Below, one piece after another: positions 11,455 to 21,350 of a stretch of DNA of 64,000 nt. Both the position numbers and the translations under genes were made by a program. This stretch comes from an uncultured bacterium (lineage in GTDB: Bacteria; Auribacterota; Erginobacteria; Erginobacterales; Erginobacteraceae). How positions within the stretch are numbered: position 1 is the first letter of the stretch; each line of letters opens with the position of its first letter. The notes under the pieces were generated by a model, which ran no database searches, had not been told where the DNA came from, and saw only the letters and a program-made list of their open reading frames with translations. The stretch covers positions 96,001 through 160,000 of the forward strand of contig CAWGIE010000035.1 in the NCBI GenBank assembly GCA_963822585.1. Reading direction: 5' to 3'.

Positions 11455-12699
11455 ATGATCGAATCCGACCCCACATTCGCCATCTCCACCTTCGGCTGCA
11501 AGGTGAACCAGTATGAGAGCCAGGTAATCAGGGAGGCTCTGCAGGAGGCGGGATACCGGGAAGACACCTCTTCTCCGGCCCTGATTGTCGTCAATTCCTG
11601 TGCCGTGACCGCCCGGGCCGAGACGAAGACGCGCAAGTGCATCAGGCGCTGGCTGCAACAGGCGCCGCGAGCCCGTCTGGTGCTCACCGGCTGCGGTCTG
11701 ACCTATTCCGAAAGACAGGACCGGAGTCTGTGGGATATCGTCCCCCCGGACCGGCGGGGAGAACTTCCCGCGTCTCTCCCCAGCCCCGCCCTCCAGGGGA
11801 TCAGTTTTTCGGCTGATCACCACCGTGCCTTCGTCAAGGTACAGGACGGATGCGACGCTTTCTGCTCCTACTGTCTCATTCCTTTTCTTCGCGGCCGTCC
11901 GGTCAGCCGTTCCCCGGAGAAGGCCCTCCGGGAAACAGCGGCTCTGGTCAGTCGCGGCTACCGGGAGATTGTTCTGACCGGAATCAATCTGGGCACCTAT
12001 TCCGGAAAGGAATCCGGGCGCCGCCTCGATCTGGCCGGATTGGTAGAGCTGCTCCTGCACCTGGAGGGATCGTTTCGAATCCGGCTCAGCTCAATCGAGC
12101 CAAAGGCGATTACCGCCCGTCTTTCCCGGCTCATCGTCCAAAAGACAGGGCTCTGTCCCCACCTGCACATCCCTCTCCAGAGCGGCTCCGATAAAGTTCT
12201 CCGGTTGATGAACAGAAACTATACCTTCCGGGAGTACGCCGAAATTATCCATTCCCTGCGCGAGGGCTGCCCGGAGATTTCCCTCTCCACCGACTGCATG
12301 GTCGGTTTCCCCGGTGAAAGCGAGGAAGATTTCCTGAAAACCTGCCGGGCGATCCGTGAAATCGGTTTCAGCAGGGTGCATATTTTTCCCTATAGCCCGC
12401 GTCCCGGCACCCGTGCTGCCGGCAACTCTCCGCCGGCGCCCCCTACGGTGAGCCGCCGGGCCGGGATCATCGAAGAAATAGCGGAGGAAACAGCCCGACG
12501 GTACCGGGAGGGGTTCAGGGGGCGCCTCGTTGAAGTCCTGCTGGAAAAAAGAGGGCGTGACGGCGTCGCTCACGGCTTCGACCAACATTATCTCCGGGTG
12601 GCCGTTTCCGGGACGCCTCTCCCCCCCGGTGCGCTTTGCCGGGTGAGAATAACCGGTCTGGACGAAGACGGCCTTCGGGGAGTCCTGGAAAAGGAATAG
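11455..12699 (+). CDS. mtaB: tRNA methylthiotransferase MtaB (radical SAM)
   Basis: TFGCKVNQYES, VNSCAVT, VKVQDGCDAFCSYC, HIPLQSG, FPYSPRPGT; synteny with rsmE. Confidence 0.88.
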   Translation: MIESDPTFAISTFGCKVNQYESQVIREALQEAGYREDTSSPALIVVNSCAVTARAETKTRKCIRRWLQQAPRARLVLTGCGLTYSERQDRSLWDIVPPDRRGELPASLPSPALQGISFSADHHRAFVKVQDGCDAFCSYCLIPFLRGRPVSRSPEKALRETAALVSRGYREIVLTGINLGTYSGKESGRRLDLAGLVELLLHLEGSFRIRLSSIEPKAITARLSRLIVQKTGLCPHLHIPLQSGSDKVLRLMNRNYTFREYAEIIHSLREGCPEISLSTDCMVGFPGESEEDFLKTCRAIREIGFSRVHIFPYSPRPGTRAAGNSPPAPPTVSRRAGIIEEIAEETARRYREGFRGRLVEVLLEKRGRDGVAHGFDQHYLRVAVSGTPLPPGALCRVRITGLDEDGLRGVLEKE

Positions 12700-13096
12700 A
12701 TGAATTTAACAATTATTAGCCACCAAGACACCAAGTCACCAAGAAAAGAGGCCACGGGGGATGCCCATCTTATATAGGCTTCCTTCATGTCTTGATGGCT
12801 TAGTGGCAAGAAGTTGCGCGAAGCGTTAACTTGACATCCCGGAAATGATATGTTAAAGGAGAACACTGATCTAACCCCCGGACTTTATCAAAAAAAAGTT
12901 ACGCCAAGACGCTGCGTTCCTACTGCGGAATTTCCCCGATATACATTCGGGGTGCGTTTCCGGCGCACAATATATTTTTTAGCCGCCACGGCAGCCAAAA
13001 AAGAGAAAAAAGGACAAAGTATTCACCTGATTTGGTTTTTTCTTGGTGTCTTAGTGGCTTAGTGGCTAAAAATCATGCCAAAGGTGCTGAAGTTCC

Positions 13097-14869
13097 ATGT
13101 CCCCACTCTATCCTCAAGAACAGATCGATCTCATTAACTCCTATAATGATATCGTGGAGGTGGTTTCCCAGTATCTTCCTCTCAAAAGGAGCGGCCGGAA
13201 TTTCAAGGCTCTCTGCCCTTTCCATTCGGAGAAGACCCCCTCTTTTACCGTCAGCTCCGAGAAGCAGATTTTTCACTGTTTCGGCTGCGGCGCCGGGGGG
13301 AATGTGTTCTCCTTCGTCATGCGCAAGGAGAACATGACTTTCCCGGAAGCCGTCCGTTTTCTTGCCCGACGGGCGAATATCGAACTTCCGGAACACGATT
13401 CCCGCACCGCTTCCCGTAAGGAACTGCTTCTCAAGCTGCATGAACTGGCGGCCGGGTTCTATCACTGGGGCCTGACCGGTTCCAAAAACGGCGCTCTCGC
13501 CCGGGCCTACCTCAAGGACCGCGACATCAGAAAAGACATGATCAGCACCTTCCGGCTGGGGTACGCGCAGCCCTCCTGGGAAAGTTTTTACAATCATGCC
13601 CGGAAGAAAGGATATGACCCGGAAACGCTTTTGGAAGCGGGGCTGATCCTCAAGCGTCCGAAGGGGGGCGGTTATTATGACCGTTTTCGCAATCGCCTGA
13701 TTGTTCCCGTCCGCGACGTGCAGGGAGCTGTGATCGCTTTCGGAGGCCGTGTTCTGGATAATTCCCAGCCCAAATATATTAATTCCCCCGACACGCCGCT
13801 GTTCCGGAAAGGCAGTGTTCTTTTCGGTCTGCATCTGGCCCGGGAGGCCATCAGGAAAAGGGGAGAGGCGATTCTGGGAGAAGGGTATTTTGACGTTATC
13901 CGGGCCCATCAGAAGAAAATTGAGAACATGATCTGTTCCCAGGGAACCGCCTTCACGGACATCCAGGCGCAAGTCCTGCGGCGATATACGGACAAGGTGG
14001 TGGTTGCCTATGATGCCGACCAGGCGGGAACGGAAGCCGCGCTCAGGGGATTGGCAGTCTTTCTCCAGAAAAATTTCGAGGTCAGGGTGGTTATCCTTCC
14101 TCCCGGAGAGGATCCCGACAGCTATATCCGGAAAGCTCCGGCCGGGTCGTTCGAAAAATTGGTAGCGGAAAGCGCTCCTCTCCTGGACTTTAAACTTTCC
14201 CGACTTTGCCGGGTCCATGATATTAACACCGACCGCGGCCGGCTGGCGGTCTCCCGGGAGATGCTCGATACCATTGCCCTGATCGAGAGCGCGGTACTCA
14301 GAGAGACCTACGCGAAGAAACTGGCCGAGCGTCTGGGTATCTCCCCGGCCGCGGTCTGGGAGGAGTATGGGAAGCTCAAGTCTCCGCATCCGCCGCCGCC
14401 TTCCCGTCCGGCTCCGCCGCGGAAGGTTGATAAATATGAAGAGCGTCTCTTGAAATATCTCATGGAGAATGATACATTACTTTGCTGCATTAAGGATGAG
14501 CTGGATCCGGCCGCTTTCTCTCCTCCGCTTCAGCCCATAGTAGCGCTGATGCTTAAACTGCTCGGGGAAGGGAAGCCCCCTCTCTCCAGAAAACTTGTTT
14601 CCGCCCTCCGGGACAGGGAAGCTCAAGAGATGGTTTCGCGCTGGCTGCTTGAGTCGTCGGCCGCGGGGCCGGGAATATCTGAAGCAGCCGAACTGCTTAT
14701 TAATGTTCAGAAGAAACGGATTCGAGCGGCGATCGCCGGATGCCGTCGCGCCCTCGCTTCCCGGGATGGGACGGAAGAATCAAAGACCGCCCTTCTCCGT
14801 GAGAGCACGAAATTATTGAGAGATTTGAAAGAATTACCTTCCCGGATCCGGGAAAAGATTGGTTTATGA
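13097..14869 (+). CDS. dnaG: DNA primase
   Basis: CPFH..KTPSF...FHCFGCG zinc finger, [25 protein letters not shown] motifs. Confidence 0.98.
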   Translation: MSPLYPQEQIDLINSYNDIVEVVSQYLPLKRSGRNFKALCPFHSEKTPSFTVSSEKQIFHCFGCGAGGNVFSFVMRKENMTFPEAVRFLARRANIELPEHDSRTASRKELLLKLHELAAGFYHWGLTGSKNGALARAYLKDRDIRKDMISTFRLGYAQPSWESFYNHARKKGYDPETLLEAGLILKRPKGGGYYDRFRNRLIVPVRDVQGAVIAFGGRVLDNSQPKYINSPDTPLFRKGSVLFGLHLAREAIRKRGEAILGEGYFDVIRAHQKKIENMICSQGTAFTDIQAQVLRRYTDKVVVAYDADQAGTEAALRGLAVFLQKNFEVRVVILPPGEDPDSYIRKAPAGSFEKLVAESAPLLDFKLSRLCRVHDINTDRGRLAVSREMLDTIALIESAVLRETYAKKLAERLGISPAAVWEEYGKLKSPHPPPPSRPAPPRKVDKYEERLLKYLMENDTLLCCIKDELDPAAFSPPLQPIVALMLKLLGEGKPPLSRKLVSALRDREAQEMVSRWLLESSAAGPGISEAAELLINVQKKRIRAAIAGCRRALASRDGTEESKTALLRESTKLLRDLKELPSRIREKIGL

Positions 14870-16530
14870 AAACATCCGATAAAGATAGAAGAATTAAAAA
14901 GTTGATTGAGCTTGGTTCGGAGAAAGGCTTCCTGACCCCGATTGATCTGGCCCAGCAGCTCCCGGAAGAACTGATCAATCCCGAGGAATTGGAATCGATC
15001 AAGATACTTCTCCAGGGACTGGGGGTCGAGATTCTGGAGATCCCCGAAGCGGCGACGCCGGAGAACGTGCCCGCGGAGGAACAGATTAAGGCCCAGCCGT
15101 CCCGGGCATATGAAATCCTGGATGATCCGGTCCGGATGTATCTTCGGCAGATGGGGCAAGTCCCTCTTCTCACCAGGGAACAGGAGGTGGAGATCTCCAA
15201 AAGGATAGAGAGAGCCGAAAAACGGGTCTATAATTTGAGCCTCCAATTCGGGATTGTCCCCCGGGAAATGATTTCCATCAGCAAGCGCCTTCTCAACGGC
15301 AAGGAACGGTTTGATCGGGTAGTGGTCGAACGTAAGGGCCGCCGCCGGGAGCGGTACTTGAACGATCTGCCCAACCGCCTCAAGGAAATCGACAAGCTGG
15401 CGGCCCGGATCAGAGACAAGGCCCTGGCGGTACGCGGCAACCGTTACCACGAGCAGCGGAAGAAGAAGCACCGGGAAGACCTCGGCGAGTTGCGGCGTGA
15501 AATGATCAGGGAGTTGAAGAAATTTCGCTTCAAGCAGGCGGTGGTGGAAGATTTTTATCCCCTGCTTCACCGGCTGAACGCCAAAGTCGTCGAGATCCAG
15601 GATGGTCTGGAACCCCTGTTGACCAAGTCCAGGAAGTCGCAGCAGATCCGGAACCGGATCAAAAACGAGCGGAGAAAATTACGGCGCCTGGAGACAAACC
15701 TGGAGATGGGCGTTGATGAGTTCCAGGAATGTTTTAATGATTTGACCGATGCCCTCTCCGAGGTCCGCCGGGCGAAGGGAGAGATGGTGGAGGCAAACCT
15801 GCGTTTGGTCATCAGCATCGCCAAAAAATATACCAACCGGGGGTTGTCTTTCCTGGACCTTATCCAGGAGGGGAATATGGGGTTGATGAAGGCGGTCGAT
15901 AAATTTGAGTACCGCCGGGGTTTCAAGTTTTCCACCTATGCCACCTGGTGGATTCGGCAGGCGATCACCCGGGCCATCGCCGATCAGGCCCGGACGATCA
16001 GGATCCCGGTCCACATGATCGAGACCATCAACAAACTGATGCGGGTGACGAAGAAACTGCTGCAGGAACGGGGCAAGGAACCGTCAGCGGAGGAACTGGC
16101 CGATGAGATGGATATACCGATCGATAAGATCCGGGATATCATCAAGATAGCGCAACATCCCATCTCGCTGCAGGCCCCGATCGGGGACAAGGATGAGAGT
16201 CAATTCGGCGATTTTATAGAGGACCGGGGGGCGGAATCCCCGGCCACCGCCACCAGTTATTCTCTTCTCAAGGAGCAGATGAAGACGGTGCTTCACACTC
16301 TCACCAAGAGGGAAGCCAAGGTATTGACCCTCCGGTTCGGGATCAGCGACGGCTCCCCCCGCACCCTGGAGGAAGTGGGGAAGATATTTAACGTCACCCG
16401 GGAGCGGGTCCGCCAGATCGAGGCCAAGGCCCTGAGAAAGATGCGCCATCCGACCCGGAGCCGGAAACTGCAGGGTTTTCTTGATCTGGCCGATGATGAC
16501 GGCCGGACCGAGACGATCTGGGATATATAA
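14866..16530 (+). CDS. rpoD: RNA polymerase primary sigma factor
   Basis: [51 protein letters not shown] overlap with dnaG. Confidence 0.98.
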   Translation: MKTSDKDRRIKKLIELGSEKGFLTPIDLAQQLPEELINPEELESIKILLQGLGVEILEIPEAATPENVPAEEQIKAQPSRAYEILDDPVRMYLRQMGQVPLLTREQEVEISKRIERAEKRVYNLSLQFGIVPREMISISKRLLNGKERFDRVVVERKGRRRERYLNDLPNRLKEIDKLAARIRDKALAVRGNRYHEQRKKKHREDLGELRREMIRELKKFRFKQAVVEDFYPLLHRLNAKVVEIQDGLEPLLTKSRKSQQIRNRIKNERRKLRRLETNLEMGVDEFQECFNDLTDALSEVRRAKGEMVEANLRLVISIAKKYTNRGLSFLDLIQEGNMGLMKAVDKFEYRRGFKFSTYATWWIRQAITRAIADQARTIRIPVHMIETINKLMRVTKKLLQERGKEPSAEELADEMDIPIDKIRDIIKIAQHPISLQAPIGDKDESQFGDFIEDRGAESPATATSYSLLKEQMKTVLHTLTKREAKVLTLRFGISDGSPRTLEEVGKIFNVTRERVRQIEAKALRKMRHPTRSRKLQGFLDLADDDGRTETIWDI

Positions 16531-16576
16531 TTTTTCTTCTCTATTTTCCGCTGGAAAATAGAGAAGAAAAATTATA
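16526..16576. repeat. Perfect 24-bp-stem hairpin overlapping the rpoD stop
   Basis: TATAATTTTTCTTCTCTATTTTCC-GCT-GGAAAATAGAGAAGAAAAATTATA. Confidence 0.9.
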
Positions 16577-16708
16577 GTTTAAAAACTATATGGTGAACGA
16601 CGTACCCGAGACGTAATGCGGCATAGGGGGAAGATATCGCAGATATTTTCTCCTGAGCCGGCACACTAGTGCCGGCTCAGGTATGCCTTTTTTGCCGAAG
16701 GCAAAAAA

Positions 16709-16833
16709 GGGCCCGTAGCTCAGTCGGTTAGAGCACCGGACTCACACCCGCAAAATACATGTTCTTGGAACATGTATCGCGGGGTGCCCCGAGGTAACCC
16801 GATGAAATCGGGTTACTTTTCGGGGCATAATCC
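16709..16833 (+). pseudogene. Duplicated tRNA 5' half interrupted in the anticodon loop by a double-hairpin insert
   Basis: 16709-16744 is identical to the start of the tRNA at 16859; then ~81 bp of palindromic insert; then CATAATCC (rest of anticodon arm); no T arm follows. Confidence 0.85.
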
Positions 16834-16858
16834 TTGTTATAATATTTATCAACATTAA

Positions 16859-16932
16859 GGGCCCGTAGCTCAGTCGGTTAGAGCACCGGACTCATAATCC
16901 GATGGTCGTAGGTTCGAGTCCTACCGGGCCCA
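16859..16932 (+). tRNA. tRNA with CAT anticodon, probably tRNA-Ile2 (lysidine); elongator Met not excluded
   Basis: GGGCCCG/CGGGCCC acceptor stem, D arm AGCTCAGTCGGTTAGAGC, loop CTCATAA, GGTTCGAGTCC T arm; G1-C72 pair excludes fMet; CCA not encoded. Confidence 0.93.
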
Positions 16933-17040
16933 CTATTACCGTGCAATCAAGTCGAAGAGTCTGGTTAAAAGGTAGTATGGATGCCTTGAGAATGCGGTAG
17001 GACGAGAACCTGGTGAGCTTGTGCTGAGCGAAGCGAAGTA

Positions 17041-17056
17041 AGTCCTACCGGGCCCA
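17041..17056 (+). repeat. Duplicated tRNA 3' end (att-like)
   Basis: AGTCCTACCGGGCCCA identical to 16917-16932. Confidence 0.85.
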
Positions 17057-17081
17057 TTTTAACCGAGGAGAAACCCCGGCA

Positions 17082-17465
17082 ATGAAAGCATTCTACTGGC
17101 TCATCATCATCATGGACATCACCCTGCTGGTTCTGCTCTGGCTCTATATCTATGATCTTTATATCCAGGACCGGTTCGATCTGACTGATTATCCCTCCCA
17201 TATTTTTCAGTCCGATCAGGCCGTCCCCATTCTCGGTCTGGGGGTCCTGCTCAACACCGGCGCCATCATTTATTTGATTTTCAACGCCCGCCGCCGAAGA
17301 GAGGAAGATCGGAAAAGAATCGTCTCGGCAAATCCCCGTTATCTGGAAAATGTGGCCGACCAGGATGAGATCAGGGAACTGGAGGATGAACTCGAAAATA
17401 TTGTCGAACGGCTGGAAGAGTTAAGGCAGCTGCACGGAGTGAAAAAAGAAAGCGCGGAACCGTAA
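17082..17465 (+). CDS. Hypothetical 2-TM protein with C-terminal coiled coil
   Basis: GAGGAG RBS, two hydrophobic helices, E/L-rich tail. Confidence 0.7.
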   Translation: MKAFYWLIIIMDITLLVLLWLYIYDLYIQDRFDLTDYPSHIFQSDQAVPILGLGVLLNTGAIIYLIFNARRRREEDRKRIVSANPRYLENVADQDEIRELEDELENIVERLEELRQLHGVKKESAEP

Positions 17466-17481
17466 GACCAGCTCCCCTTAT

Positions 17482-19509
17482 ATGCGTGCGCGTCGTCATA
17501 GTATTTCAGGCTTCATCCTCCTGATGTCGTCTCTTTTTACCGCCTTTTGCCTTCCCGCCGCCCCGGAAGACCGCACCGCCCTCTACGATCCCCTTCAGTT
17601 GAATCAACCTCCCTGGGCAAAAGCCGCTCAAGAAGGCAACCGGCTCTGGGCGGCCGGCGACGAAGAGGGGGCCGTCGGAGAATGGGCAAAAGCCGTTTCC
17701 CAGGGGTTCAACGATGGTCTGGTTTATTATTATCTGGGCCGCTATTATGCCCGGATGGGGGATTGGGACCCGGCGATCGAATATCTCCGGAAATCCAAAC
17801 CGTGGCTTGAATCCGGGCAGGAAGATCAGGCCATCCTCCTCTCCGCCTATGAGACTCTGGCGATGGCGTACATGCAAAAGCGGGAATATTATGAGTCATT
17901 TATTCATTTCCAGAAAGCCCTGCGCCTTGATCCCGATTCTCCTTCCCTGCATCTCGGGCTTGCCAACCTCTATCTCACGCGGGGAAAGCTGGACGCCGCC
18001 GAGAAAGAAGCGGCTCATGTCCTGACCGTCTCCCCGTCCACCGCTCGCGCCTGCTTGATCATGGCGATGGCGACGGAGCAACGGGGAGAGTATGCCGCCT
18101 CGGCCGATTATTACCGTCGTTACCTCTCCGCGGAGCCGAAACAGTGGGAGGCCCGGCTTTCCCTCGGTTTGCTCCTGAATGCCCGGCTCCATCAGACCGC
18201 CGCCGCCGAGGAAGAGCTGGAGCAGGTGGCTGAAGAGGCGCCGGATGATGCCCGGGCTTCCGCCGCGCTCGGTGAAATTTTTCTCGGGCGGGGAGACCTG
18301 GGCGCCGCCCGGGCGGCAGCCGATCGCGCCCTGAAGATTGATCCTGCCAACTATCAGGCCCTGGTCATACAAGGGCAGGTTTTCCTGCAGGAGGGGGACT
18401 ACACCGCCGCCGAAAAGTTTTTTAAGGACGCCCTGCGGCGTCAGCCGGAAGGGGCCCTGGCCCTGTACGGGATGGGGGTCATTCTTTTTCAGCGAAAGGA
18501 ATATCAGGATGCGGAGAGTCATTTCCGCGCCGCGGTTCGCCAGGCGCCCCAGTTCCGGGAGGCGGCTCTCAACCGGGGGCTGGTTCTGGCTGTGCTGGGA
18601 AGGAAGGAAGAAGCCATCAAGGAGCTGACCGGGGTGGTCGCCGCCAACCCTGATTTCGCCTCGGCCTATCTCGCTCTGGGCCGGGTATATTATTATTCCG
18701 GACAGGCGGATAAAGCCCTCCCTCTTTTTAAAAATGCCCTGGCCCTGGACCGGACTTCCTGGGAACCGTATTACTTCATCGGCAAGTGTCTTCTCGATCA
18801 GGGGAAGGATGACAAAGCCCTGGAATATTTTTTACTGGCCCGCGAGCGGGAGAGCGAAAATCCGCTTCTGCTCACCGATCTGGCCCTGGCCTATGAGAAA
18901 TCCGGGAAGTATGCTTTGGCGGAATCTTCCCTGGAGGAGGCGCTGAAAGGGGACCCGCATTTTCTCCCCGCCCTTCTCAAACTGGCGGTTCTGAAGGCAC
19001 GGAAGGACGACTCCTCGGCCGCGGCCCGGCTTTACCAGCAGGCGCTCATTATAAAACCGGGCGATGTGCAGTGGGGATACCAGGAAGAGGAAAGGGATTT
19101 CCTGGTGCAACTAATATCCGGGGTGGAAGATTATCTGGGATCGGGGATAGATTACCTGAGTCTTTTTTCAGTGATGAAAAACATATCCAAGGACCGGGGG
19201 CTCTTCACCGAGTTGATCCCGGTACTGGAGGAAAAAGTCAGGCAGAATCCGTTTCAGCCCCAGTATCCGCACCTTCTGGGCCTTGCCTACCAGGAAAAAG
19301 GGGATCGGGCGAATGCCGAAAAGTATTTCACCCGCGCCCTCAAAATTGATTCCGACTTTGCCCCGGCCCATCTCAGTCTGGGGCAACTCTATGCCCAGGA
19401 AGGCAGGAACAGCGAAGCCCGGGAGCATCTTAAAGCCGTCCTTTCGCTCGTTCCCGATTCATCGCTTCTCCCCGCCGTCCGGGAGATTATCAAGACCCTG
19501 CCGGAGTAA
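17482..19509 (+). CDS. Exported tetratricopeptide-repeat protein
   Basis: Signal-like N-terminus; many TPR units (A..LG..Y...G....A...F..AL..DP). Confidence 0.9.
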   Translation: MRARRHSISGFILLMSSLFTAFCLPAAPEDRTALYDPLQLNQPPWAKAAQEGNRLWAAGDEEGAVGEWAKAVSQGFNDGLVYYYLGRYYARMGDWDPAIEYLRKSKPWLESGQEDQAILLSAYETLAMAYMQKREYYESFIHFQKALRLDPDSPSLHLGLANLYLTRGKLDAAEKEAAHVLTVSPSTARACLIMAMATEQRGEYAASADYYRRYLSAEPKQWEARLSLGLLLNARLHQTAAAEEELEQVAEEAPDDARASAALGEIFLGRGDLGAARAAADRALKIDPANYQALVIQGQVFLQEGDYTAAEKFFKDALRRQPEGALALYGMGVILFQRKEYQDAESHFRAAVRQAPQFREAALNRGLVLAVLGRKEEAIKELTGVVAANPDFASAYLALGRVYYYSGQADKALPLFKNALALDRTSWEPYYFIGKCLLDQGKDDKALEYFLLARERESENPLLLTDLALAYEKSGKYALAESSLEEALKGDPHFLPALLKLAVLKARKDDSSAAARLYQQALIIKPGDVQWGYQEEERDFLVQLISGVEDYLGSGIDYLSLFSVMKNISKDRGLFTELIPVLEEKVRQNPFQPQYPHLLGLAYQEKGDRANAEKYFTRALKIDSDFAPAHLSLGQLYAQEGRNSEAREHLKAVLSLVPDSSLLPAVREIIKTLPE

Positions 19510-19589
19510 TATCTTATTTTTCCTCCGAAAAAATAAGAGTGGGCAGGCATTCAGACTGTGTCACAATTACCATTTTAAACATTTTTCAA

Positions 19590-19693
19590 TGTCATTGCGA
19601 GCCCCGGAGAGGCGAAGCAATCTCAATCCGTTGGAAGATGACATATTCTATTCATCAATTGAGATCGCTTCGTCGCTACGCCTTGCGATGACA
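19590..19693. repeat. GTCATTGCGAG...GAAGCAATCTC REP-like inverted pair
   Basis: TGTCATTGCGAG..GAAGCAATCTC / GAGATCGCTTCG..GCGATGACA; family members at ~36155, ~41013 and ~47243. Confidence 0.8.
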
Positions 19694-19862
19694 TTTTGAT
19701 GGTTACGACATAGCCTGATTGACGCAACGTTACGAGCGTCATATGAGGTATCGCTGTAGTTTCAATTCAACCATTTTTCTGGTATTTCTTCTTCATCCCC
19801 TTCGTGGTAGGGTGTTCCTTTGAAAAGAATAGAGCGTATAAATAATATAAAGGAGGTAGTGA

Positions 19863-21203
19863 ATGACTAAAGACCTGGTTATCGGCAACGGCGTTGTTAT
19901 CACTCTCGGAAAAGAGAACAGAATCATCAAAGATGGAGCTGTTTTAATCCGGAACGGGATGATTGAAAAGGTGGGAGCGGAAACCGAAATCCGTCCCTCC
20001 GCCCCGGAGGCCGAGTACGTTGACGCCGGCGGCCGGCTGATCATGCCCGGATTTATCAACGCCCACCATCATCTCTACAGCACGTTTGCCCGGGGTCTCG
20101 CCCCCCACGATCCTCCTCCCTACACGTTCGTGGAAATTCTGGAACGGATGTGGTGGCCGCTGGATAAGGCTTTGGGAAAAGAGGATATTTATTACAGCGC
20201 CCTGATTCCGCTCATTGATTGTATAAAAAAAGGTGCCACGACGATCATCGACCATCATGAGAGCCAGGGGTACCAGGCGGGGAGTCTCGAACAGCTGGCC
20301 CGGGCGGCACGGAAGATCGGCATCCGTTCGTCGTTCTGCCTGGGCATTTCCGACCGTTACGGAAAAGGCGCTGAAGGGATCGAGGAGAATGTCCGCTTTC
20401 TGAAAGAGGTGCGGGCGTCGTCGGCCGCCGAGCAGCGGATGGTGACCGGCATGTTCGGACTCCACGCCGCTTTTACCGTCGAGGACGCCACCCTGGAACG
20501 CGCGGTAGCGGAGGCGGACCGCCTGGATGTCGGGTTCCATACCCATGTGGCGGAGGCTGCTTCCGACGAGGAGGCCAGTGTCGCGAAATTCGGCCTTCGG
20601 GTGCTCGAGCGGCTGCAGGAGAAGGGAGCGCTGGGACCAAAGAGCCTGGCCATTCACTGCGTGCACATCAACGAACGGGAGATGGATATCCTCCGGGAAA
20701 CCGGGACCGCCGCGGTGCACAATCCGGAGTCGAACATGAACAACGCGGTCGGTGTCGCTCCGATCCTGGAGATGATGGGAAAAGGGATTGAAGTCGGGCT
20801 GGGAACGGACGCCATGACTTCAAACATGTGCAAGGAAGTGCAGATCGCCAATATCCTCCAGCACCTTTCCAAGATGGACCCCCGGGTCGCGTTTGTGGAG
20901 TCCTGCCAGCTCTTGCTGGAGAATAACCCGCGGATCGCCTCCCGCCTCTTCGGGGTGGAGGTCGGCGCCCTGAAACCCGGGGCGGCGGGCGATGTCATCG
21001 TGGTCGATTATCTTCCGCCCACGCCCATGAGCGAGAGCAACTTTCTGGGCCACTTCCTCTTCGGTATCTGTGAGGTCTCCGTCATTACCACCGTCGTTAA
21101 CGGAAAGGTTCTGATGAAAGACCGGGAACTGATCGGTATCGATGAAGAGAAGATCTGCGCCCGTTCCCGGGAACTGGCCGCCGAGTTCTTGAAGAGGTTT
21201 TAG
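19863..21203 (+). CDS. ssnA: SsnA-like metal-dependent amidohydrolase
   Basis: MPGFINAHHHLYSTFARG, GLHAAFT, HTHVAE, HNPESNMNNAVG, GLGTD. Confidence 0.85.
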   Translation: MTKDLVIGNGVVITLGKENRIIKDGAVLIRNGMIEKVGAETEIRPSAPEAEYVDAGGRLIMPGFINAHHHLYSTFARGLAPHDPPPYTFVEILERMWWPLDKALGKEDIYYSALIPLIDCIKKGATTIIDHHESQGYQAGSLEQLARAARKIGIRSSFCLGISDRYGKGAEGIEENVRFLKEVRASSAAEQRMVTGMFGLHAAFTVEDATLERAVAEADRLDVGFHTHVAEAASDEEASVAKFGLRVLERLQEKGALGPKSLAIHCVHINEREMDILRETGTAAVHNPESNMNNAVGVAPILEMMGKGIEVGLGTDAMTSNMCKEVQIANILQHLSKMDPRVAFVESCQLLLENNPRIASRLFGVEVGALKPGAAGDVIVVDYLPPTPMSESNFLGHFLFGICEVSVITTVVNGKVLMKDRELIGIDEEKICARSRELAAEFLKRF

Positions 21204-21350
21204 GCTGGAAGGTGGCGATAACGTCATGGGGGTTGTGACCCCTCGATTATGTTGAGTAATCAGTAATCGGTAATCAGTAACGTCTGGCCTGGCGAAGCAC
21301 TGATTACTGATCACTGATTACCGATTACCATCTATTCAAGGAGCATATCC

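Noticed and set aside
16743..16825. Group I intron in the tRNA anticodon loop
   Set aside because: Only ~81 nt, no catalytic core visible, and the 3' exon is incomplete.
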